Shown in pieces: positions 50,075 through 56,789 of a stretch of 64,000 nucleotides of DNA. Position 1 is the first letter of the stretch, and each line of letters opens with the position of its first letter. The DNA lies in assembly GCA_041640295.1 (NCBI GenBank), contig JBEQAR010000001.1, forward strand, positions 16,453-80,452. The letters are read 5' to 3'. Made by a program: the position numbers and the translations under genes. This DNA is from a bacterium (GTDB taxonomy: Bacteria > Patescibacteriota > Minisyncoccia > UBA6257 > HR35). The notes under the pieces were generated by a model. That model saw only the letters and a list, made by a program, of their open reading frames with translations. It was not told where the DNA came from and did no database searches.

Positions 50075-51191
50075 TATAAAAACTTATTTTACTTTGTTTA
50101 ATGATTTTAATTGCTTTATTAAAAAAATTAATAACTTCGTCATAGGTTTGTCGATCGACCGGATAAGGTGTACCATCTTTACCGCCATGAGTAAAAGTAT
50201 AGCGAGCTGGATCTTGATAAGATGGTTTAGCTCCATAAATTAATTCTGACACTAAAGACAACGCTCTGATTGTTCTTGGTCCAATTCCTTCAAATAACAA
50301 AAGCTCATCAATTGTTTTTGGTTTTAAAAATTGAGCCTTAGTAATGCTTTTTTTCAACCGATTAATATCAAATTTTTCTTCAATTACGGGATGATATTTA
50401 AATTCAACTGAAGGCAAAAAAAGAGACTTGTAATTATTTTTTCGAAAGATTAAATCCATCTCTTTAATCAATTTATTTTCTTCATTTAATAAATTAATTA
50501 TACCTTTTTTATTTTGATTACTTTGTTTAGAAGTTAAATTAAGAACTTTGTCAAAAATTTTATCGGAAACTATTCCTGAATGTGGTTCTTCTGTTAAATT
50601 TTCTCCTGATTTATCTACTAAAGTTTGCATAAGTTCGCGTTTAGGTTCACATAAGTTCGCGTCTGATCGATACCAATGATATCTTCTGGCTAAACCAAGA
50701 TTAGTATTCATTCCTTGCTGAATTACTGCCCATGAACCTTTTTGGGTTAAAATAAAACTATGATGATAAATATTAAAACCATCTTGAATTAAAGAATTAT
50801 CAACTTTTGCTACTAGCTTTGAAATCCTTACATATTTTTCTGGATCAATGCCAATTTTTTCACTTAAAGTTAAAATTTCATCCGGGGTTTTTCTTGAAGT
50901 TCTTCCCTTCCCTCCACAAATATAAATTCCTAAATTTCTTTTTCTTAATGCTTCTTTTAAGGCTGCAGTTGTTGTTACTGTTAAACCTGATGAATTCCAA
51001 TCAAACGCTAAAGCACAACCAAAAGATTGAAACCAAATAGGATCAGCTAATCTTTTTAAAAATTCATCTTCACCAAATTCTTCAATAATTATTTCAGACA
51101 TAATCCCAGCTAATTTTTCCATTCTTTCGAAAAGCCATCGCGGACATTTGCCAGTATCCAAACCAAAAGTTGCTACCCCTGTTTTCATCAT
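50052..51191 (-). CDS. Conserved hypothetical protein, possibly DUF763 family
   Basis: The 379-aa soluble protein has an N-terminus resembling the archaeal/bacterial DUF763 family (TGVATFGLDTGKCPRWLFERM). Identification is from memory only. Confidence 0.35.
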   Translation of the reverse strand: MMKTGVATFGLDTGKCPRWLFERMEKLAGIMSEIIIEEFGEDEFLKRLADPIWFQSFGCALAFDWNSSGLTVTTTAALKEALRKRNLGIYICGGKGRTSRKTPDEILTLSEKIGIDPEKYVRISKLVAKVDNSLIQDGFNIYHHSFILTQKGSWAVIQQGMNTNLGLARRYHWYRSDANLCEPKRELMQTLVDKSGENLTEEPHSGIVSDKIFDKVLNLTSKQSNQNKKGIINLLNEENKLIKEMDLIFRKNNYKSLFLPSVEFKYHPVIEEKFDINRLKKSITKAQFLKPKTIDELLLFEGIGPRTIRALSLVSELIYGAKPSYQDPARYTFTHGGKDGTPYPVDRQTYDEVINFFNKAIKIIKQSKISFYNVHFRGY

Positions 51192-51265
51192 TTTAAATTA
51201 TATAGTTAATTCCACTTAAGAGTATATAGTTAGGTATTTAAATTTAATTGAGTAAATTTATGATG

Positions 51266-51337
51266 AGCCAGCGGTGGGATTCGAACCCACGACCTGACGC
51301 TTACAAGGCGCCTGCTCTACCACTGAGCTACGCTGGC
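51266..51337 (-). tRNA. tRNA-Thr (anticodon TGT)
   Basis: The reverse complement gives GCCAGCGTAGCTCAGTGGTAGAGCAGGCGC-CTTGTAA-GCGTC...GTGGGTTCGAATCCCACCGCTGGCT. Confidence 0.8.
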
Positions 51338-51465
51338 AAATTATCTTCTAAAAACAATTTTAAATAAATCAAAATTAAACCTTGTATTTTAAATTATAAC
51401 AAAAAATAAAAATTTAAGAGTAAGATTTCAAAAAAATTAAAAAATTTCCTTACTAATTAAAAAAA

Positions 51466-52587
51466 TTAAATTTTTATTTCTTTCTTAATTTTCTCAACAA
51501 AATAAACAGGTAAAAAGAAAGCAAAAAAAGTAAACCAAAGTAAACCTCCTGCTATAGACATACCCCCTAAAATACCAATAAATTCTTTTATTTTCTCCCA
51601 ATTAGGATGTTTTATAAAATCTTTTCCTTTCTCTTTTTCTTTTTGAATCTCTCCCAAAAGTTCTCCTATTTGCTTCATTCCTTCTAAATACTGATTTAGC
51701 TGATCGGGGGGTAATTTTTTTAATTCTTCAAAATCTACTTCAGATAATTTTTCAAGATTTCTAATAATTCCATCTACCTCTTTTTCTGCTTCTTCCTCCC
51801 TTTTACCTTCTTCAATTAATCGTTTTTTTAAAGATTGTCTTAAGTCTTTTAGTTTCTTTTTAAAGCCATTACTAATAGTATCCCAATATTTTTCTATATC
51901 CTCAATTGATTTTATTCTTGCTAAACAAAGGTTTAAAAGTTCAACTTGCCATCTTTCATGAACTTGTGGAATTGCGATTTCAAGATTTAAATTTCTTGTT
52001 TTATCATCTATTGTCGTTATAGATATTAAAATAACACCTTCTTTATTTAAAATCTTAGAATACCACATTAGCTCATCAAAAGAAGCTTCTTCTAAAAATT
52101 TTTTAACCCTCTCGTTTCCCACAAGATCTTCCCTATTTAAAATAAAAACACCCAAGCATAATCTAAAAACTTCTTCAATTTTTCCTTCATTTTTTTGAAA
52201 GATAAGTGTACTTGCAATAACTTCAGTAGGTGTTGTGATTTCCATTTCAGTTAATCCTGTAGTTATTATACCAACTCCTTCTATTTTCAATTCTTCTAAC
52301 AAACCCACTACATTTTCAAGTTCTGCTCTAACATATTCGTCGAAAAATTTTCCTGATACTTCATCAGTCCTAACTAAACTTACTAAATCTTGATACTTCT
52401 CATACAATCTTTCTATTTTTTCTTTAATCAAGTTTTGTAAATCTCTCCCCTCTTGACTTGGTTGAACTTCTTGTTTATGTTCCTCAAAAGAAGGTTGTGT
52501 TCCGCTTTCAGTCATTGTTTGATCACGAGGATTAGTTCGGGACCTACCTCTTCTACGCGATTGGTCAGGATTAAATCTTGCTGTCAT
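51466..52587 (-). CDS. Hypothetical coiled-coil protein with a C-terminal TM anchor
   Basis: The 373-aa product has a basic, disordered N-terminus, long helical E/K-rich regions and a C-terminal hydrophobic helix. It sits behind a TGTGTTATAAT extended -10 motif. Confidence 0.45.
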   Translation of the reverse strand: MTARFNPDQSRRRGRSRTNPRDQTMTESGTQPSFEEHKQEVQPSQEGRDLQNLIKEKIERLYEKYQDLVSLVRTDEVSGKFFDEYVRAELENVVGLLEELKIEGVGIITTGLTEMEITTPTEVIASTLIFQKNEGKIEEVFRLCLGVFILNREDLVGNERVKKFLEEASFDELMWYSKILNKEGVILISITTIDDKTRNLNLEIAIPQVHERWQVELLNLCLARIKSIEDIEKYWDTISNGFKKKLKDLRQSLKKRLIEEGKREEEAEKEVDGIIRNLEKLSEVDFEELKKLPPDQLNQYLEGMKQIGELLGEIQKEKEKGKDFIKHPNWEKIKEFIGILGGMSIAGGLLWFTFFAFFLPVYFVEKIKKEIKI

Positions 52588-52762
52588 TTAATTATAACAC
52601 AAAATTGGATTAAAAAATTAATTAATATAATTATTATAACACAAAATTATAATTATTATAAAATTATATTTTTTTCTTATTTTAAAAATAAAATTAAAAT
52701 GGAAATGAAATTTTAGTTAAATATTTTTAATTTAATTATTGAAATTTTCTAATAAATAAACC

Positions 52763-52801
52763 AAAAAACCGCCGGCGGGGATTGTACCCACATCCGGCGG
52801 T
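52763..52801 (-). terminator. Rho-independent terminator of the Pro-rich small gene
   Basis: A GC stem (A)CCGCCGG pairs with CCGGCGG(T) around an 18-nt loop at 52768-52801, followed on the minus strand by a T6 tract. Confidence 0.6.
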
Positions 52802-52818
52802 GTACTGAGATAACCCCC

Positions 52819-53097
52819 CTAAGGGGGTGGCTGGGATGGTGAGGGTGGTGGGGACGGGGGTTGGGGGTGGTAGTCCTGGTTACGGACCACCACCCGGTTC
52901 TCCTGGGCAGTCGTGCTTACAGTGATACTACCCAACTGACCCCGCTGCCAGCCACCCTCAACCAACTCGGCACTCTTTTGGAGAGCGCCGAGAGAATCGA
53001 AAGAGTTGGAGGGGGGGCGGCTGCGACGGCCCGCCATAATAAGGGCAGCAATTGCCGCTGTCCCAGACGCCCCCGCTAAAATCCAAAGAATTTCCAT
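52819..53097 (-). CDS. Small high-GC gene: N-terminal TM anchor plus Pro-rich C-terminus (92 aa)
   Basis: The ATG at 53097 is preceded by GGAGGTG 7 nt upstream. The product is MEILWILAGASGTAAIAALIMAGRR...PQPPSPPPSPSQPPP. GC content is far above the window average. Confidence 0.5.
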   Translation of the reverse strand: MEILWILAGASGTAAIAALIMAGRRSRPPSNSFDSLGALQKSAELVEGGWQRGQLGSITVSTTAQENRVVVRNQDYHPQPPSPPPSPSQPPP

Positions 53098-53118
53098 TTT
53101 TTAGCACCTCCGTTTATT

Positions 53119-53146
53119 ATTATACTACAAAAAATTTTTTTGTCAA
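53119..53146 (-). promoter_or_regulatory. Near-consensus sigma70 promoter (TTGACA-N16-TATAAT) driving the Pro-rich small gene
   Basis: On the minus strand the -35 TTGACA (plus strand 53141-53146, tgtcaa) and the -10 TATAAT (plus strand 53119-53124, attata) are 16 nt apart. The SD GGAGGTG lies at 53105-53111. Confidence 0.6.
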
Positions 53147-53150
53147 GTAT

Positions 53151-53187
53151 AAAAAAGGCGCCCATTAATGAGCGCCTTTAAAAAAAA
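53151..53187 (-). terminator. Intrinsic terminator hairpin flanked by A/T tracts on both sides (bidirectional) after the collagen-like gene
   Basis: AAAGGCGC-ccattaatga-GCGCCTTT forms an 8-bp stem at 53154-53179, with A6 and A8 tracts either side. Confidence 0.6.
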
Positions 53188-53189
53188 TG

Positions 53190-53582
53190 TTACTCCTCTT
53201 CCCTGGCCATCAGGCCCAGAAGGAGTAACAACCCGAATACCTCGGCGGCGAGAATGCCGGCGAGGACGCCGGGCAGGGGGTCGCCCGGGTCCCCTTTTGG
53301 ACCCGGCGGACCCTCAGGTCCTCTTGGCCCTTGCGGGCCAAAAGGACCAGCAGGTCCTCTTGGCCCTTGCGGGCCACGAGGGCCCCTCAATTTCTCCCGA
53401 ACCTCCTTGTCCGGGAGAACTAGTTTATCCCACTCCGCATCCTGCGGAGTGGTCCCGCCTCTCTCAATGCGGGCGGGGAGGACAATGGTTCCCTCGGCCC
53501 CCTTCTTCTCCTGAGCCAGGGCGACCGAGAAAGAAGTGAGAAGAAAAAGACCACTAAGGCCCAGGATTAAAATTAACCTCAT
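53190..53582 (-). CDS. Collagen-like (G-P-X)n repeat surface protein with a signal peptide and C-terminal TM anchor, high-GC
   Basis: The start is placed at the ATG at 53582, which has GGAGGTG 6 nt upstream; the ORF track starts at the GTG at 53591. The product has a signal peptide ([11 protein letters not shown]), 11 uninterrupted Gly-X-Y triplets ([33 protein letters not shown]) and a C-terminal hydrophobic helix. Confidence 0.6.
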   Translation of the reverse strand: MRLILILGLSGLFLLTSFSVALAQEKKGAEGTIVLPARIERGGTTPQDAEWDKLVLPDKEVREKLRGPRGPQGPRGPAGPFGPQGPRGPEGPPGPKGDPGDPLPGVLAGILAAEVFGLLLLLGLMAREEE

Positions 53583-53601
53583 ATAGTTCACCTCCGTTTT
53601 A

Positions 53602-53630
53602 ATTATAACACATCAATTTTTCTTTGTCAA
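53602..53630 (-). promoter_or_regulatory. Consensus sigma70 promoter (TTGACA-N17-TATAAT with extended -10 TGTGTTATAAT) driving the collagen-like gene
   Basis: The -35 is at plus strand 53625-53630 (tgtcaa) and the -10 at 53602-53607 (attata), with a 17-nt spacer. The SD GGAGGTG is at 53589-53595. Confidence 0.6.
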
Positions 53631-53868
53631 TTATTTGTATAACCTACATACACTTGAGACTCCTTGTTAAAAATAACATCTAAGAGGAATTGGAAGGGTG
53701 TTTTCCTGTCTACCAACAAAGCAGGGATTTTCCATTCTTTTAGAGAGTCTAATATGTGTTTGAGGTTAGACAGCTTTGTACCTAATATAGATTTATATAC
53801 CAAGAAAGGGCACAAATACTTTACTTATTTAATTTCCTAAAAAACTTCTTTAAACTAATTAAAAAATT

Positions 53869-54099
53869 TTAGCCCCATACTTTTCTCCAAAAATCTTTTT
53901 CTTCAATTTGAGCTAATTTTAGTATTCCTTTTATAGTTCCAGGGGCTAATTCTTTATGAAGGGGAACTATTGTTATAATCTCTTGTTTATCAACTTGCTT
54001 TTTTAATTTCACATGGCTACCTTTTTGAGAAATAAAATAAAAACCAAAATTTTTACACAAAATCTTAATCACTTGCCTTCCCGAGAGTGGCTTATACAT
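53869..54099 (-). CDS. hicA: HicA-family mRNA interferase toxin
   Basis: The 76-aa product (SGRQVIKILCKNFGFYFISQKGSHVKL...TIVPLHKELAPGTIKGILKLAQI) matches the HicA dsRBD-like fold and the conserved GSH motif. Confidence 0.75.
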   Translation of the reverse strand: MYKPLSGRQVIKILCKNFGFYFISQKGSHVKLKKQVDKQEIITIVPLHKELAPGTIKGILKLAQIEEKDFWRKVWG

Positions 54100-54310
54100 T
54101 CTCTAATTCAAGAGTAGTTATCAAAGGAGCATTTTTAGGAAGAGATTTTTTGATTTTTGGTTGATCTTCTAAATATAATTCAACAGCCTCTTTAAGGTTT
54201 TTTTGAGCATCCTCAATTGTTTTTCCTTGACTTACTACACCTAATTCAATACATCTAGCTACATACCATCTTCCTTCTTTAATAATAATTGTGGTGAACC
54301 GATAGGCCAT
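54092..54310 (-). CDS. hicB: HicB-family antitoxin (RNase H-like fold, no DNA-binding extension)
   Basis: The 72-aa product YRFTTIIIKEGRWYVARCIELGVVSQGKTIEDAQKNLKEAVELYLE matches the HicB/UPF0150 core. It overlaps hicA by 8 nt. Confidence 0.7.
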   Translation of the reverse strand: MAYRFTTIIIKEGRWYVARCIELGVVSQGKTIEDAQKNLKEAVELYLEDQPKIKKSLPKNAPLITTLELENV

Positions 54311-54443
54311 CTTAATTTTATTTTATTCTATTTTTAAACTATTGTCAAATCAAGGAGATTTCATTTTTAAGGAATAATATAGCCATTGGTTAGTAATAAA
54401 TTAATAAATAAAAATACTTCTTAATAATAAAAATGCATATTTA

Positions 54444-54459
54444 CAGACGATCGTCCGTA
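54444..54459. promoter_or_regulatory. Near-palindrome ACAGACGATCGTCCGT (core GACGATCGTC is a perfect palindrome) in the hicBA upstream region
   Basis: Read directly from the sequence. It is a GC-containing palindrome in an AT-rich spacer about 135 nt upstream of the hicB start. Confidence 0.3.
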
Positions 54460-54602
54460 TTTGTGCAGTAAGTCATTTTATAAAAAAAATTTGAAACATC
54501 TATCAATCATCAAATTAGGATGAAGGACTTAAAAATGTACAAATAAATTGCTCAAATTAACACCAAATTATAATAACTCGAATGTTGGCCAAATAAAGTG
54601 CC

Positions 54603-54672
54603 GAAATATTTTACCCGAATATTTACTGAATATTTTGAACGAGTGTTGATTGAATATTAACCAAGAATATTT
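54603..54672. repeat. Five direct GAATATT(T) repeats at about 11-14-bp spacing (iteron-like array)
   Basis: Copies begin at 54603 (GAAATATT), 54617, 54628, 54652 and 54665 (GAATATT), in the spacer between the end of the 96-aa ORF and the hicBA promoter region. Confidence 0.5.
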
Positions 54673-54691
54673 AGTTAGCAATAGTTTGTTT

Positions 54692-54982
54692 TTACATCTC
54701 TTCTATTTCTCTTTTGAGTTCAAGTTCTTTTATTCTGTCTTCAAAAACTTTTTTAAGTGAAGATAATTCTTTATGAGTTGAAAGAAGTTCTTCGAGATAT
54801 TTATTTAGGCTTTCTAATCTACCTAAGGAAATATCAACGGCTTCTTCAAAAAATGTCCCAACTATTGCTCTTTGTAAATCTTCGGGAAATTCATTAAAAT
54901 TTTCGGTTATAAAATTTCTAATTTCCTCTTCTGTTCCTGTTTTAAGAATTTCATAAAATTTTGTTAAAATTTCTTCTGTCAT
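54692..54982 (-). CDS. Hypothetical acidic helical protein (96 aa)
   Basis: ORF only; no recognisable motif. Confidence 0.35.
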   Translation of the reverse strand: MTEEILTKFYEILKTGTEEEIRNFITENFNEFPEDLQRAIVGTFFEEAVDISLGRLESLNKYLEELLSTHKELSSLKKVFEDRIKELELKREIEEM

Positions 54983-54989
54983 TTTTTAA

Positions 54990-55211
54990 TTATTTATTTT
55001 GCAAAAAACTATCTAAATTTTGAGAAATTATATTTAAAATGTAAGTTAATAAACCGCCGCATTTTGCCCGCGTTCTTTTATTTTTGTACCAATCTTTAAA
55101 TTCATCTTTGTATTTCTTTCTTAGGTACCGAGCTTGTATTTCTTCCCATTTTATTCCTTCCTCCTGTAAAAATTCATTCCATTCTTTTTCTAGTTTTGAT
55201 TGATCTTCCAC
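54990..55211 (-). CDS. Hypothetical basic protein (73 aa from a GTG start); it lies in the same frame as the upstream 257-aa ORF
   Basis: The ORF is in-frame with 55311..56084, with only the TAG at 55311-55313 between them. The 99-nt segment after that TAG (55212-55310) is also an open reading frame. Confidence 0.3.
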   Translation of the reverse strand: MEDQSKLEKEWNEFLQEEGIKWEEIQARYLRKKYKDEFKDWYKNKRTRAKCGGLLTYILNIISQNLDSFLQNK

Positions 55212-55310
55212 CTCTTCTAATATACCGCCTGCTTCCTTAAAAGAAATATTTTTTCCCGAATCTGCGATTCCGTATAATATATCTGAAAGAAGTTCCCTTC
55301 CTCTTTCGTT

Positions 55311-56084
55311 CTAACTTGCAAACACTGCTTCAGCTATCATTTTTCCAATTTCTTGTAGGTTATTATCTATTTCCGCTAACTTTGTTTGAACTTCTTCAAT
55401 TCTATCTAATTGTTCTGCTCTTCCTCTACTAAATCTCCCCCCGAACATATCTCTTAATTTACCAATTATACCAAGATGAGCTCTTACCAATTCTTGAAGA
55501 TTACCTCCTGAAGCATAAACTCTACTTAATTCTTCTATTGGTATGTTGTACTCTTGAGCTAATGCTCTTACCTGGGCATTAAGACTTTCATATGTTTGTT
55601 CTTCTTTTTTAATATTTTCTAATTTCTCTCTTAATTCCTTGAAATTATCTTGATTCAACATATACAATTCTGCTAAATAATTTTCCAAAAATGTTCTTGT
55701 TTTCTCAACTCCTATTTGATTTACAATTTGCCTAAATTCAGGTGATATAGAAGCAAGATATTCAATTCGCTCTTTGGGCAATAAATCTAAAACTTCTTTT
55801 GTAGCATCTAAACACTCTTTAATTTTTGATCTTGCTTGTTCTAAAAAATCAAATTCTGCCTTTTCTAAGGTTTGCCTATTGAGCAATTTTTCTAGTAATT
55901 TATCTTTATCTATTCCTTGAGGAAGTTGGGTGGTTTCGATATATATCTTTAATAAATTCGATTGAAGTCTGTCGCTTAAAATCTCTTCAACCGTAGGTGG
56001 AATTCCACTAGTGCTTTCTCTATATGCTTCAACTTTTTGTTGTTCTTGCTTCTTTCGATATTGTTCAAAGGGTTTTTCTAACAT
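55311..56084 (-). CDS. Hypothetical coiled-coil protein translationally coupled to rpmG
   Basis: The 257-aa helical product has its ATG at 56084, 4 nt after the rpmG stop. Its own stop is a TAG. Confidence 0.45.
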   Translation of the reverse strand: MLEKPFEQYRKKQEQQKVEAYRESTSGIPPTVEEILSDRLQSNLLKIYIETTQLPQGIDKDKLLEKLLNRQTLEKAEFDFLEQARSKIKECLDATKEVLDLLPKERIEYLASISPEFRQIVNQIGVEKTRTFLENYLAELYMLNQDNFKELREKLENIKKEEQTYESLNAQVRALAQEYNIPIEELSRVYASGGNLQELVRAHLGIIGKLRDMFGGRFSRGRAEQLDRIEEVQTKLAEIDNNLQEIGKMIAEAVFAS

Positions 56085-56087
56085 TTT

Positions 56088-56249
56088 TTATTTTCTGCTT
56101 TCTTTGTGTTTGGTGTGCTTGGCACACCATTTGCAGAATTTTTTTAATTCTAATTTTTTTTCTGAACCTTTTTTCTTCCAATAATAATAGTTAGCTCGAT
56201 TGCATTCAGTGCATTTAAGTCTAATTAAATTTTTGGTTTTTACTGCCAT
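56088..56249 (-). CDS. rpmG: 50S ribosomal protein L33, zinc-ribbon form (53 aa); not in the ORF track
   Basis: The reverse-complement ORF encodes MAVKTKNLIRLKCTECNRANYYYWKKKGSEKKLELKKFCKWCAKHTKHKESRK, with the CxxC...CxxC pair and the L33 consensus. Confidence 0.8.
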   Translation of the reverse strand: MAVKTKNLIRLKCTECNRANYYYWKKKGSEKKLELKKFCKWCAKHTKHKESRK

Positions 56250-56252
56250 TAT

Positions 56253-56771
56253 TTATTGATTACTTTCTTCAATATTTGAATTTGGCAATTCTTGTTCTAT
56301 TATATTCGAAGGTGATGGTGATTGGTTAACTGGTGGTTGATTTTGGATAAACTGATTATTTTGAGGCGTACGTGGTTGATTGACTGGACCAAAATAATTA
56401 GTAATAGAATTACTCTGATTCCTGATTAAAGTTAATACTTGGCTATTTTCGCTCAAGGGTGCAATCCACAAAACTTGATTTTTATTTAAGTAAATATAAT
56501 TTTTAGGACCCCAATTTAACTGGACTAAGGGCACTAAAGTAGAATTGCCGTTTTGATCAATTCTTAAAATGTGGGGTGAGCTTAGTTTTAATCGTGGGAA
56601 ATAAGAAATTCTACCAAAATAAAGTTCACCATTAAGAAAATAAACGCCGACATATCTTTCGGTTAAAAATACTCGCCTAAATAAAACCGCCAAAAATATA
56701 ATAAGCAGAATAAAAACTAAATACCAAAAAATTTTAGGACTAAATTTTATTTTTATTTCTTTACCTTCCAT
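56253..56771 (-). CDS. Hypothetical membrane-anchored protein with a Q/N/P-rich tail
   Basis: The 172-aa product has an N-terminal TM and a low-complexity C-terminus. Confidence 0.4.
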   Translation of the reverse strand: MEGKEIKIKFSPKIFWYLVFILLIIFLAVLFRRVFLTERYVGVYFLNGELYFGRISYFPRLKLSSPHILRIDQNGNSTLVPLVQLNWGPKNYIYLNKNQVLWIAPLSENSQVLTLIRNQSNSITNYFGPVNQPRTPQNNQFIQNQPPVNQSPSPSNIIEQELPNSNIEESNQ

Positions 56772-56789
56772 TTTAATTTTTGATTAATT

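Noticed and set aside
51266-51337. tRNA-Thr as the integration site for the 51.4-56.1 kb accessory stretch
   Set aside because: The accessory genes lie on the 5' side of the tRNA, not at its 3' end. No direct repeat of the tRNA 3' end and no integrase were found.
52861-53539. Plus-strand ORFs 52861..53079, 53168..53539 and 53254..53514 (Gly/Pro/Arg-rich products)
   Set aside because: These are antisense shadow ORFs created by the high-GC collagen-like and Pro-rich genes on the minus strand. The minus-strand genes have consensus promoters, SD sequences and terminators, and the plus-strand frames have none.
53627-53815. 62-aa minus-strand ORF directly upstream of the collagen-like cassette
   Set aside because: It overlaps the -35 element of the cassette promoter, has no SD, and its product has no recognisable features. 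It is probably a chance ORF or gene remnant, so it is not called.
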